From Candidatus Phycocordibacter aenigmaticus (GTDB taxonomy: Bacteria; Patescibacteriota; Minisyncoccia; Phycocordibacterales; UBA2163), in assembly GCA_002327585.1 (NCBI GenBank), contig DCWL01000011.1, forward strand, positions 8,746-72,745: 64,000 nucleotides of DNA, in the 5' to 3' direction. The first letter of the stretch is position 1; each line of letters starts with the position of its first letter. Positions 28,022-37,763 of the stretch are shown here, piece after piece. Position numbers and translations under genes: made by a program. Below the pieces are notes generated by a model, which saw only the letters and a list, made by a program, of their open reading frames with translations, did no database searches and had not been told where the DNA came from.

Positions 28022-28826
28022 TAATCACAACCTGCACCCATTTTACTTCGTTCATATTTACCGGATTTTTGAAGAGTACCGTAAGGAACGGGTCAGAAGG
28101 ATCTGATTCAATCTCTTCCACTACCGCAAAAATTTTTGTGCTTATCTTCGGCATCGTAACAATATCCCCTTTCTGAATTTCAGCGCCTCTCGGAAGCTTA
28201 ATGATAAAGTTTCCCCCGCCGATGCCTTCGGCACTGGCGGCTATATTCTCCGGCCCTATAGAAACCTGCGACACTTCCCCCGGAGATGAAAATAGTTTGA
28301 CTGTCGATGTAGTGCGATGTACTTTGTCAACTGTTCCTATAAAAATGTCCTCAAATACCAGCACATTCTCACCCCCTCGGATATCGGCATTTTTGCCAAT
28401 GTCAATTACAAAGGTATCGTAAAAAGATACAGCGGGCCGTGCAAGAACTGTGCCCAAAACAGTATCCTCAATATCAAATATCTGCCTGTTAAATAGTTCA
28501 TTGAGAGAATTATTTTCTTGTTTGAGCAGTTCTGTACTGAGCAATTTAAATTTTATCTCTTTGATCCTCCCTTTAAGGTTTTTGTTCTCTGTGACAAGAG
28601 CTTTCTTTGAGCGCAGAAGCTGTACAGAATTTAAAGTACTTTCAACTGCTACATTTTTGGCACTCCAGAGTGGCGCGCTTATAAAATGCGAGGCTCCTGA
28701 CAGTGCATTCGGGAAAAAAATATGAACAGCAGCTAATATACCTATAATCAGCAATATGGTGGTAAAAGTCTTTGTAGACAACCCTCTGCCGTCTTTACTG
28801 TGATGTAGGGGATAATTGTTCATCAT
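28014..28826 (-). CDS. mreC: Rod shape-determining protein MreC
   Basis: TM, coiled coil (LKQEN..L), IDIG, GDIV; follows mreB. Confidence 0.9.
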   Translation of the reverse strand: MMNNYPLHHSKDGRGLSTKTFTTILLIIGILAAVHIFFPNALSGASHFISAPLWSAKNVAVESTLNSVQLLRSKKALVTENKNLKGRIKEIKFKLLSTELLKQENNSLNELFNRQIFDIEDTVLGTVLARPAVSFYDTFVIDIGKNADIRGGENVLVFEDIFIGTVDKVHRTTSTVKLFSSPGEVSQVSIGPENIAASAEGIGGGNFIIKLPRGAEIQKGDIVTMPKISTKIFAVVEEIESDPSDPFLTVLFKNPVNMNEVKWVQVVIND

Positions 28827-29874
28827 CGCTTTCTATAAGAATTTCATCGTACGCGTCAATGTCTTCAAGAATTATTCCGGTACCACGCACTACAGCACTC
28901 ATAGGATCATCAGCAATGTACACAGGAAGCTTCAGCGTATCGTGCAGAAGTTCGGGCATTCCGTTTATAAGCGCACCGCCGCCGACAACAAATGCACCTC
29001 TCTGCATGACATCCGAGAGAACTTCAGGAGGGGTCGTCTCAAGCACTTCTTTTGTCGCATCAATAATATGGTCAATGGAGTTCGAAATCGCCTCCCGAAT
29101 ATCAGAGTCAGTAATGACGACCTCGCGCGGGAGACCCGTCACCAGATCCCTTCCCCGCACAACCGATTCAATGGGTGCTTCACCTGCAAGTACTGCACAA
29201 GCCGCAATCTTTAAATTCTCCGCCGTTTTTTCTCCTATCAAAATCTTAAGCTCGCTTCTTATGTAGGAGATTATGTCAGAGTTAAATTTGTCTCCTGCAA
29301 TGCGCACATTCTTTGAACGCACAATACCATTTAATGCAACGACAGCAATGTCAGACGTTCCTCCTCCAATGTCAATAATCATATTGCCGATTGGCTCTTT
29401 TACAGGAAGCCGTATGCCAATTGTCGCCGCCATTGGCTCTTCCACTATATGGACCTCCCTTGCCCCCGCATTCTTCGCCGCATCGCGCACAGCGCGCGTC
29501 TCAACGCTTGTAATACCCGATGGCACACCGATTACCACACGCGGCCGCAGCACTTTTTTCAGATGCGTCTGTGCTTTGTTTATCAGATATGAGAGCATTT
29601 CCTCCGTCACTTCAAAGTCAGATATCACTCCGTCAACTAAAGGCCTCACGGCAGTAATGTGCCCCGGAGTTCTTCCAAGCATCTCTTTAGCCTGAGAACC
29701 GACGGCAACAACGCGCCCCGTCTTTTGATTGACGGCAACAACTGATGGTTCGTTTATGACAATTCCCCGTCCTCTTAAATATACAAGTGTATTTGCTGTT
29801 CCTAGGTCGATGCCGATGTCATTTGAGAAAAGTCTATAAAATTTATCAAAATATCGTTTTATTTTACTTCGCAT
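28795..29874 (-). CDS. mreB: Rod shape-determining protein MreB
   Basis: GIDLGTANT, EEPMAA, DIGGGT, GRDLVTGLP. Confidence 0.98.
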   Translation of the reverse strand: MRSKIKRYFDKFYRLFSNDIGIDLGTANTLVYLRGRGIVINEPSVVAVNQKTGRVVAVGSQAKEMLGRTPGHITAVRPLVDGVISDFEVTEEMLSYLINKAQTHLKKVLRPRVVIGVPSGITSVETRAVRDAAKNAGAREVHIVEEPMAATIGIRLPVKEPIGNMIIDIGGGTSDIAVVALNGIVRSKNVRIAGDKFNSDIISYIRSELKILIGEKTAENLKIAACAVLAGEAPIESVVRGRDLVTGLPREVVITDSDIREAISNSIDHIIDATKEVLETTPPEVLSDVMQRGAFVVGGGALINGMPELLHDTLKLPVYIADDPMSAVVRGTGIILEDIDAYDEILIESDDEQLSPTSQ

Positions 29875-29875
29875 G

Positions 29876-31102
29876 TTAACTCACTAACTTAAACAGTTCT
29901 TCTTCAGTGATTTCCTTTGTTTCTCCAGTCCTGCGATCTATAAATTCAAATTTGCCTGTATCTTTATTCCTATCAGACACGATAACTCTATATGGTATAC
30001 CAATTAGGTCACTGTCTGCAAATTTCTCACCAGCACTCATTTCCCTATCGTCATAGAGTACTTCAATATTTGCCTTTTTCAGCTTGTCATATATTTCACC
30101 CGCATCAGAGAGTCCTAGTAAGTGAACCTTAAACGGCGCAACTGATTCAGGCCAGATAAGGCCTTTCTCATCGGAGAGCACTTCTGCAACTGTCCCCATA
30201 ACTCTCCCCAGACCAATGCCGTAACTTCCCATAACTGTCGGCTTGTCCTTTCCGTCTTCCCCCCTGTAAAGGAGTCCTTCGGCTTCAGAGTATTTAGTGC
30301 CGAGAGGAAAAATATTTCCTACTTCAATCGCTTTTTTTTCTACGAGTTTATCTTTATCAAGACCAAGCTCAGCAACTACATCACTTGCAAACACTTCTTT
30401 GTTTATTGCAATTTTCTTTTCCTCGTCAACATAGATAGTATCCTCACCTGCTGAAGAAAGCGTCTGGAATTCATCACTGAATTTAGAAAATGATCCTCCG
30501 CTTGCAAATGTTTTATATGTTATTTCTCCAATACCGACTCGGTCAAAGATTTTTTTGTAGGATTCCGCTACTTTTTCATAAAATTCCTTATGCTCTTCTT
30601 CATTTCTTGAAAAAGAATATAAATCTTTCATTAAAAACTCTCTCCCACGCATAATACCGCTCTTTGCCCGAAGCTCGTTGCGGAACTTTGTCTGAATCTG
30701 GTAAACATATAAAGGAAGATTTTTGTACGAGTTCACATGGTCTGTAAGAATTTTTGACAATGGCTCTTCATGGGTGTTTGCAATGCCAAGCTCATTTCCA
30801 TTCTTTAATTTAGTTTTAAACCAATTATCCATCACTTCATCGTCCCACCGTCCGCTTTTCTTCCAGACTTCCGAATCTTGAAGAGTTGTAAGGAGTACTT
30901 CCTGTCCACCTATGGCATTCATCTCTTCTCTTATAATATTTTCAATATTATTAAGCACGCGGAGACCTAAAGGAAGATATGTGTAAACACCAGCCATCTC
31001 TTTATGGATAAAGCTGCCGCGAATAAGTAATTGGGCATTTTTAGACACCTCATCTCTGGGGGCCTCTTTTCTTGTCTTAGTAAAGAGTTTGCTCTGTAAC
31101 AT
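29876..31102 (-). CDS. proS: Proline--tRNA ligase (short form without editing insertion)
   Basis: THEE, QTKFRNE.R, REFLMKDLYSF, EVGNIF, MGSYGIG. Confidence 0.96.
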   Translation of the reverse strand: MLQSKLFTKTRKEAPRDEVSKNAQLLIRGSFIHKEMAGVYTYLPLGLRVLNNIENIIREEMNAIGGQEVLLTTLQDSEVWKKSGRWDDEVMDNWFKTKLKNGNELGIANTHEEPLSKILTDHVNSYKNLPLYVYQIQTKFRNELRAKSGIMRGREFLMKDLYSFSRNEEEHKEFYEKVAESYKKIFDRVGIGEITYKTFASGGSFSKFSDEFQTLSSAGEDTIYVDEEKKIAINKEVFASDVVAELGLDKDKLVEKKAIEVGNIFPLGTKYSEAEGLLYRGEDGKDKPTVMGSYGIGLGRVMGTVAEVLSDEKGLIWPESVAPFKVHLLGLSDAGEIYDKLKKANIEVLYDDREMSAGEKFADSDLIGIPYRVIVSDRNKDTGKFEFIDRRTGETKEITEEELFKLVS

Positions 31103-31133
31103 TCTCTAATATTACAGCAAATAAGGAAGGCGG

Positions 31134-32246
31134 TCAAAACAGCTTCAGAATGTCATTGTATGTGACGACAAGCATTAAAAGTATCAGGAGTGCAAAGCCG
31201 ATTGTATTTACTGCATTTACGATTTTTGGTTTTATTGGAGATTTCTTGATTGCTTCTATTAAAATTATAACAAGCCGTCCTCCGTCAAGTGCCGGAAACG
31301 GAAATGAGTTTATGAGCGCTAAATGTATTGAAATAATTGCAGTGAAGTTAAGAAGCGATACAAATCCAAGCTTGGCTGCATCCCCGACAAGTCCTACAAT
31401 CCCTACAGGTCCCGCAATCTGCGAAAGGTCTGCGCTCAATGTAAACATATTTAAAAGAAATCCTCCAAGAGCTATGGCTATTATGTATGTCATTGAGACA
31501 GTGAGTTTTGTTCCTTCTATAAGAGCAATAAGGATGGGGAGTTTTAGAGTGCCAACAGTTCCAATAAACATTCCTATAGCCACACGTTCCGACTCGCCCT
31601 CTACAACACTGCTCTCTGGTACAATTTCAGCAAGTAAAACTTCGCCTGCGCGTTTATATACAAAAGCTATATCTTCACCTTCATTAGAAGCGATAAAATC
31701 AGACACATTCTCGGGATTAAGTATATCAACATTATCGTTTCTTGTTGCCACGCTTAAAATCTCATCTCCCGCTTTGAGGTCAGCATTTTCTGCTGGTGTA
31801 CCTTGTAATATATTTACAATAGTAAGTTTCGCATTGGTAATTTCATATCCTTTGTTCACCACAAGAGGGTCATTGTCAGAGACTGGCATCCCTATAAAAA
31901 ATCCTGCCGAAAATAATATAACTGCCAAAAGCATATTGAATGCAACACCTGCGACGATTACGAGTGCCTGAATCCTCTTCGGTTTGTTTACAAAACTCCT
32001 ATGGCTCTCTGTACCCGATATTGATTCTTTACTTGGATCTTCACCAAAAATTTTCACAAAACCGCCAAATGGAATCCAATTTAGTGAATATTTTGTTTCT
32101 CCCACTTTCTTACTGAAAATCTTTGGTGGAAAGCCAATGCCAAATTCGAGGACTTTAATTCCAGCGCGCTTTGCTGCAATAAAATGCCCAATCTCGTGAA
32201 CAAGAATTAAAACAACAAGAACAATTATGAAAATAATGATTGACAT
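31134..32246 (-). CDS. rseP: RIP metalloprotease RseP (M50, PDZ)
   Basis: HEIGH, PFGGFV, PDZ region, PALDGG. Confidence 0.95.
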   Translation of the reverse strand: MSIIIFIIVLVVLILVHEIGHFIAAKRAGIKVLEFGIGFPPKIFSKKVGETKYSLNWIPFGGFVKIFGEDPSKESISGTESHRSFVNKPKRIQALVIVAGVAFNMLLAVILFSAGFFIGMPVSDNDPLVVNKGYEITNAKLTIVNILQGTPAENADLKAGDEILSVATRNDNVDILNPENVSDFIASNEGEDIAFVYKRAGEVLLAEIVPESSVVEGESERVAIGMFIGTVGTLKLPILIALIEGTKLTVSMTYIIAIALGGFLLNMFTLSADLSQIAGPVGIVGLVGDAAKLGFVSLLNFTAIISIHLALINSFPFPALDGGRLVIILIEAIKKSPIKPKIVNAVNTIGFALLILLMLVVTYNDILKLF

Positions 32247-32249
32247 GAT

Positions 32250-32801
32250 TTACTGCATGATTTCTTTCTCTTTCTTCTCCGCCAAAGTTTCGAGGTTCTT
32301 GATTTCCTCATCCACTATTTTCTGCATTTCGTCTTTGAATCTAAACTTATCATCTTCGCTTATCTCATTTTTTTTCTCTATTTTCTGAATATCATTCCAT
32401 GTATTGTCACGCTCACCTCTCAAGGAAATTTTTGCTTCTTCAAGTTTCTCTTTTACGAGCTTCATGAGAGTTTCTCTAATCTCTGAGGTAAGCTCAGGAA
32501 AAAAGATTCTGATACCTTTCTCATCAACGGAATTGGAGACACTGAGACTTGAATTTGTTATCGCTTTTTCAACTTCAGTAATTTGATTTATATCATAAGG
32601 GGTTATGCGCAGTGTCCTTGCATCCTCCACAAAGACAGTTGCAACCTGATCTATAGGCAGTTTTGAGCCGTATGAATCAACACGGATGCTATCCAGAAGC
32701 GCCGGAGTGGCTCTGCCTGTCCTTATGCCGGATAGCTCATGTTTTAGATAATCTTGAATATCTTTTGCTTTTTGATTTAAGCGCGAGAAATCGTAATTCA
32801 T
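32250..32801 (-). CDS. frr: Ribosome recycling factor
   Basis: IRTGRA, PELTSE.R, ISEDD. Confidence 0.97.
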   Translation of the reverse strand: MNYDFSRLNQKAKDIQDYLKHELSGIRTGRATPALLDSIRVDSYGSKLPIDQVATVFVEDARTLRITPYDINQITEVEKAITNSSLSVSNSVDEKGIRIFFPELTSEIRETLMKLVKEKLEEAKISLRGERDNTWNDIQKIEKKNEISEDDKFRFKDEMQKIVDEEIKNLETLAEKKEKEIMQ

Positions 32802-32936
32802 TTGCTACAATATATCAAATATCGACCATATTGACAAACATTTGCGCATTATCAGATTAGTGCTATTCTAGGAATAAATTAGTTTTAGAGTACATTTTTA
32901 TATTTATAATATCTGACGGAAAGGAAGTGATTGATA

Positions 32937-33431
32937 ATGAAGATAAAATCATTATTAACAGCTTTTATTGTAATATCTATTATGACATGCTGTATGAGAA
33001 CAACTTTTTCACTTTCTTTGATGGATAAATTCGACAAGGAAGAATCCGGGGAATGGACAACAAGTGAACTTGAGAACAAACTGCCACACTATATAAAGGA
33101 AATTATAGTCCGCGATGTACTAATCTCATGGGAACACAACGACGTTATATACCTCTGCGATGCAGCCCCTTACAAAAGTCCATCAATCTTAATTACTTAT
33201 ATAGATAGAGAGGAATTTTTCAGGAGCAATGTAATCGCCGGACATATGGAGAAATTAGATTTTTTCACCATCTATCCTGATTTGTGGAAAAGAAATTTGA
33301 ATTTTCATTTTGAAAAGAAAGCGGAGGCCTTTTTTTCACCGGTCACTGGAGAACTTACTAAATTCAAGATTAAGATAAAGGGCAGCCAGTGGATTACAAT
33401 ATATGATCTGGGCAAAAGAATTAAAATCTGA
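32937..33431 (+). CDS. Hypothetical secreted or lipoprotein-like protein (orphan cassette)
   Basis: Signal-like N-terminus ending TCC; SD GAAAGGAAG; promoter TTGCGC-16-TATTCT; terminator 33439-33471. Confidence 0.7.
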   Translation: MKIKSLLTAFIVISIMTCCMRTTFSLSLMDKFDKEESGEWTTSELENKLPHYIKEIIVRDVLISWEHNDVIYLCDAAPYKSPSILITYIDREEFFRSNVIAGHMEKLDFFTIYPDLWKRNLNFHFEKKAEAFFSPVTGELTKFKIKIKGSQWITIYDLGKRIKI

Positions 33432-33473
33432 AATACGTAAAACCGACATTATGTCTATGTCGGCTTTTTTTAT

Positions 33474-34142
33474 TTATCCAGTTAGCGCAACATTTTCTAA
33501 AATCATTTTAATGGATGGAGAGCGACCCCTTATGTAGTTACGAGATTTTTGTATTGTATTTAATATATCTGCGGTTTTTTCCAAATCAGATTCTTTATAT
33601 AAAACTGCTTCCAAATCATCCAGAAGCTTAAGTGCTTCCTGCTTATCTTTATTTTCAATAATGTCTTTTAACAATTCCAAGCGCTTCCCTTTAGATGCTT
33701 TTATAAATTTATCTGCCAGAGATTTTTCATCACCTGAAACGCTACCTATTTTAAGAATATGAAGTCGTGATTTGAGAGTCGGCAAAAAAATCTCAAATGA
33801 TGAGATTATTATGAAAAAATGCACGCCCTCTGAAGGTTCTTCAAAGAGCTTTAGAAGCGAATTCTGCGCTTCCGAAGTGATGGATGAAAAAGCAATTACA
33901 AAGATTCTCGTGTTTCCCGAAACTGCTTTTTTGGATGCCAGATTTTGTATTTCCCTTCCGTTGCCAATTCCGAAATTTTCAAATTCATTAAAATAGAAAT
34001 CTGGATTACTTTTAGTCTTAATTTTCAAATCGTTTTCAAAAAAATCATATAGAATAGGTACCGCAGTTTTTTTATCACCCACAAGCGCATATGCATGATG
34101 GAGATTCCCCGTCTTCTTATATGAATTAATTAAAGAGTTCAT
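33474..34142 (-). CDS. holB: DNA polymerase III delta' subunit-like
   Basis: HHAY, NPDF, EAQNSLLKLFEEP, LPTLKSR. Confidence 0.85.
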   Translation of the reverse strand: MNSLINSYKKTGNLHHAYALVGDKKTAVPILYDFFENDLKIKTKSNPDFYFNEFENFGIGNGREIQNLASKKAVSGNTRIFVIAFSSITSEAQNSLLKLFEEPSEGVHFFIIISSFEIFLPTLKSRLHILKIGSVSGDEKSLADKFIKASKGKRLELLKDIIENKDKQEALKLLDDLEAVLYKESDLEKTADILNTIQKSRNYIRGRSPSIKMILENVALTG

Positions 34143-34345
34143 GTATTAAAGATTATCAGGCAGTTTCTCAAGCACTACCTTTATAAACATTCCAGCCTCT
34201 CTGTAAAAACCCCGACCGCAGCAGATATGACAATAATATTATATCATATACTAGTTTGTCTCATTTACTAGATTATATTAGAACCTATTTTGTATGAAAA
34301 AAGACCCATTGATGTTATCGCAGGGTCTGATTTAGGTAGTACTCT

Positions 34346-34807
34346 TTAATTGACTACTAAAGAGTCTTCCATTCCGTCTTTCTTAAGTCCTTCGATGAGG
34401 CGTTCGTGCCATGCCTTAGGAAGTACACTGATGAGTGTTATACCACGACCAATTGATTTGTTTATAGATGGTTTGGAGGTACAAATGGCAAAAATACAAT
34501 GATGTTTTACAGGATACGGTTTTTTAGTCCATCTCTCACCATGCTTGCCAACACGCACGTACTTCACGGTTAAAGCGAACTCCTCGTTATAAACACTGGC
34601 TTTCAGAAACCCTTTTGAAGCAATCTCTTCAAGATCCGGATAAACGGACTCAAAATATTGATTATCCTCCAGGGTTTCCATGTCGCTTTCTTTTAACTTT
34701 AGGATATCCTCATATTCCGTAGAATATTTGAGAAAAGTATTCCAAATATCATACTCCTTCTCATTTATAGCATTGACCATTTGACGAGCTCTTTGTGCAA
34801 AACCCAT
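34346..34807 (-). CDS. Hypothetical protein, 153 aa (orphan cassette)
   Basis: Promoter TTGACA-17-TATATT (34892-34864), SD AAAGGGG, terminator 34297-34328. Confidence 0.75.
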   Translation of the reverse strand: MGFAQRARQMVNAINEKEYDIWNTFLKYSTEYEDILKLKESDMETLEDNQYFESVYPDLEEIASKGFLKASVYNEEFALTVKYVRVGKHGERWTKKPYPVKHHCIFAICTSKPSINKSIGRGITLISVLPKAWHERLIEGLKKDGMEDSLVVN

Positions 34808-35017
34808 ATCTACACCCCTTTCTTAAAAAAGTTCAAAAAAATATCAAATTTATATCTAAGCATAATATAGCATAAAGCAATACTTTTGTCAACTGACCAA
34901 TGTATTATGTGAGCAACCTTGTTTTTTTCAAGATGTTTTTGTAGTCATGCCAATTTTTTATAGGAGAATGACCGGTTTATATCATTTATGGATAACTGTT
35001 GATAATTTTTTAGTCTT

Positions 35018-35500
35018 CTATGCCAATAAAAATAAGAAGAGTACGAACAGTACAAAGAATGCTATTGCAAGAAGTATGTTGATAAAGATACCTGTTGCTA
35101 TGCCAATGAGCGAGCCGGCGGCAGTCTTCAGTGCCATTATTTCATTCCCTTTTATAATAAATTCCGCAATAAGTATTCCTACAAAAAGACCCACAAATCC
35201 TCCAAATGGCGGCAAGAAAATAAATCCTAGGATTAACCCTAGGAATCCGAAGAGTAGTCCTTTCTTTGACGCGCCGCTGTATTTGGCTCCTATTATGCCT
35301 GAGAAATAGTCTATTAAAATTGAAGCGATTAGTATTCCGCCAAGAACTCCTAAATTTACAAGAGTCAGATTCACAAATCCGTCAAAAAGACCAAAAATTA
35401 CCGCCATCAAAAACATGTACGGCAGAGCCGGCATCATCGGAACTATTGTCATAAATATTCCAGGAAATATAAGAATTGTAAAAATAATCGGCAGAAGCAT
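35018..35500 (-). CDS. DUF456-like membrane protein
   Basis: Multi-TM, DY...GAKYSGAS, G.F.G....E pattern. Confidence 0.75.
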   Translation of the reverse strand: MLLPIIFTILIFPGIFMTIVPMMPALPYMFLMAVIFGLFDGFVNLTLVNLGVLGGILIASILIDYFSGIIGAKYSGASKKGLLFGFLGLILGFIFLPPFGGFVGLFVGILIAEFIIKGNEIMALKTAAGSLIGIATGIFINILLAIAFFVLFVLFLFLLA

Positions 35501-35506
35501 ATGAAA

Positions 35507-35644
35507 TTACTCAATTATTTTTTCTTCTACAGAAAATGGTTCACCTCTATCAAAGAACTTCGGAAATGACTCCGAGCTCTTATAAAGCACTACAGCAACA
35601 AGTGCCAATATGATAATAAATATAAAAAGAATTACCTTTTTCAT
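35507..35644 (-). CDS. Small protein with N-terminal TM/signal, 45 aa, absent from ORF track
   Basis: MKKVILFIFIIILALVAVVLYKSSESFPKFFDRGEPFSVEEKIIE; ATGA overlap with upstream peptide. Confidence 0.6.
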   Translation of the reverse strand: MKKVILFIFIIILALVAVVLYKSSESFPKFFDRGEPFSVEEKIIE

Positions 35645-35700
35645 TTTTTTTTCTTGGGCTTCTTTTTTTCTCTTCTTGGTCTGTCTCTTCCTTTTGACAT
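35641..35700 (-). CDS. 19-aa highly basic peptide
   Basis: MSKGRDRPRREKKKPKKKK; TGCTATAAT ends 6 nt before ATG. Confidence 0.55.
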   Translation of the reverse strand: MSKGRDRPRREKKKPKKKK

Positions 35701-35749
35701 AGTGTTATTATAGCATTTTAGTCAAAGTTTTTTAATACTCTCTATTAGG

Positions 35750-35820
35750 CTCCGGAGCAGGGATTCGAACCCCAATTTTCAAGACCAAAACTTGACGTCC
35801 TGCCATTAGACGACTCCGGA
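35750..35820 (-). tRNA. tRNA-Gln (TTG)
   Basis: TCCGGAG/CTCCGGA acceptor, TCAAG-TT-TTG-GT-CTTGA, GGTTCGAATCC. Confidence 0.95.
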
Positions 35821-35824
35821 ATAT

Positions 35825-36859
35825 TTATTTATCTTGCTTTAAAATCTTGATAATGGCAAGTTCAAGAGGAAGTTGAGGGATGTATGAGCGACCTGTTTCA
35901 TCATAGGCTATAAGAAACTCATTGAGAGTATTTGAGTTGATTTTACCTTTTTCTTCCTTGCTCAACTTTTTCAAAAAGTCAAAATCCTCCTTTCCAAACT
36001 GCTCTCGCAAAACTGCCTCCATATCTTTTGCATATTTTAAAAGCATCACGGAGCGCACTTTATGTAAAATCATTTTCAAAAACATTTTCATATCAATGTT
36101 TTCTTCTACTGCTGTGTTTACCGCTTTCAGCCCTTTCTCAAGTTTACCCTCCCCAATTGCAGAGACAATATCATTTACTAATGTACCTTTGGGAGCGCCA
36201 GCAATCTTCTCCACCTCGGAAACTGAGATTTTTTTATCGGAAGAGGAGGAAAGAATCTTCTGCAGTATCCCCTGCGCGTCGCGGAACGAGCCATCGCCTA
36301 AAAGTGCAATCAAGTCCGCCGCGGCAGACTCTAGAGTAAATCCTTCAGCTTTTGCAATTGCAAGGACTGCGTTTTTAAGGATTTTCTGCGAGGGTTTTTT
36401 AAAAGTGTGAGTCTCGCATCGTGAGATAATGGTCTCCGGCAGTTTTACAATCTCAGTTGTGGCAAGGACAAATATCACATGCTTTGGTGGCTCCTCCAAG
36501 GTCTTCAGGAGTGCGTTAAACGCCTCTTTGGTAAGCATGTGCACCTCATCTATAATGTACACCTTATACGGCGACTCAAACGGCAAAACCGTAACCGCCT
36601 CGCGAAGCGCGCGGATGTCGTCAATTCCCCTGTTTGAAGCCGCGTCTATCTCATGAAGATCATTCGGCGAGCATTTAATCTCCTTTGCTAGAATTCTGGC
36701 AATACTTGTTTTTCCAGTCCCACGAGAGCCGGAGAAAAGATAAGCGTGGGAAATGTTGCCTTGCTTTAAGGCTCCTGAAAGGGCATCAATAATATGCTCC
36801 TGCCCAAGCACATCTTTAAACTCCTGTGGCCGATATTTTCTATAGAGTACCTCTGACAT
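35825..36859 (-). CDS. dnaX: DNA polymerase III subunit gamma/tau (344 aa)
   Basis: LYRKYRP, GSRGTGKTS, EIDAASNRG, IIDEVHML, FNALLKTLEEPP; start set at MSEVLY. Confidence 0.96.
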   Translation of the reverse strand: MSEVLYRKYRPQEFKDVLGQEHIIDALSGALKQGNISHAYLFSGSRGTGKTSIARILAKEIKCSPNDLHEIDAASNRGIDDIRALREAVTVLPFESPYKVYIIDEVHMLTKEAFNALLKTLEEPPKHVIFVLATTEIVKLPETIISRCETHTFKKPSQKILKNAVLAIAKAEGFTLESAAADLIALLGDGSFRDAQGILQKILSSSSDKKISVSEVEKIAGAPKGTLVNDIVSAIGEGKLEKGLKAVNTAVEENIDMKMFLKMILHKVRSVMLLKYAKDMEAVLREQFGKEDFDFLKKLSKEEKGKINSNTLNEFLIAYDETGRSYIPQLPLELAIIKILKQDK

Positions 36860-36884
36860 CGCACCATTATAGCACAGAAACGGT

Positions 36885-37733
36885 TTATTTAAATTTGAAA
36901 TATACTTTGTTGCCGAAGCGGAAGTCGGCGTAGTCAAGTACTGAAAGATTGTATTCATTGAATTCTTCCGAATCAAAAACGGACTGGATATTGTCAAACA
37001 CAAACGACAGATTCTGGTTCTGCCCAAAAAGAATTTTTCCTCCTGTTTCAAGAAGCATTTCGTAATCAGTATCGTCAATCATAGAAAGTGATATTGGAGT
37101 AATCTCTATATCTCTCATTGAAGAAAGGAAGAAGTTAATTTTCTGAAATTTCTCCGTGCTTATAAACTTCATCCCCACAGGATTCTTACCCAAAACCTTA
37201 TCGCTGTCCCAGCCGAAGTAGCGAAAAAAGACATTGCCGGAGAAATGTGGAGCTTCCGTAAATATAAAACCGCTCTCGTCAAGGAAATAGCACTTGTCTT
37301 CATCTTCCACTATCACCTTGTAATTCTCTCCACACCATAGAGCAAAAGGCTTCCTCTCTTCTATATTAACTGTTATAGATTCCAGATCTTCAACTTCAAT
37401 GTTGACTTCTTTAATGCCTTTATATTCTTCAAGAAGTGCTGCTCCAACAGCACTCCTTGGGTAAAGCAGTATGTTTGACTTTGGAAACAAGAAAATCTTC
37501 TTTCCCGAGATCTTCTTTTCCACAAATTCCCTTATTGATTTCTCCGTAATGCTCTGGTTTCCTTTTACAGAGATATTGCTGATATTAAATTTTTCAAACC
37601 CTGATATGTAAACCGCCCCTGCAAAGAAAGCAATAATTATGAAAGCGACGGCGCCGATTTTAAACAAAAGCGCCTTTCTTTTTTTCTTTGCGAGTGGAGA
37701 GCGTCTATGATATTTTCGCCTTATCGTCGTCAT
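36885..37733 (-). CDS. ftsQ: Cell division protein FtsQ/DivIB-like
   Basis: TM, POTRA-like (I.VKGN), ERKP, C-terminal YADFRFGNKVY. Confidence 0.82.
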   Translation of the reverse strand: MTTIRRKYHRRSPLAKKKRKALLFKIGAVAFIIIAFFAGAVYISGFEKFNISNISVKGNQSITEKSIREFVEKKISGKKIFLFPKSNILLYPRSAVGAALLEEYKGIKEVNIEVEDLESITVNIEERKPFALWCGENYKVIVEDEDKCYFLDESGFIFTEAPHFSGNVFFRYFGWDSDKVLGKNPVGMKFISTEKFQKINFFLSSMRDIEITPISLSMIDDTDYEMLLETGGKILFGQNQNLSFVFDNIQSVFDSEEFNEYNLSVLDYADFRFGNKVYFKFK

Positions 37734-37763
37734 TTATACTTATACTCATGCTAAATACTCATA

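Noticed and set aside
34143-34260. Possible small ORF or RNA upstream of holB
   Set aside because: No convincing start, reading frame or stable structure found by eye
36860-37078. Long N-terminus of dnaX in the ORF track
   Set aside because: Overlaps ftsQ; the conserved LYRKYRP begins right after Met at 36859
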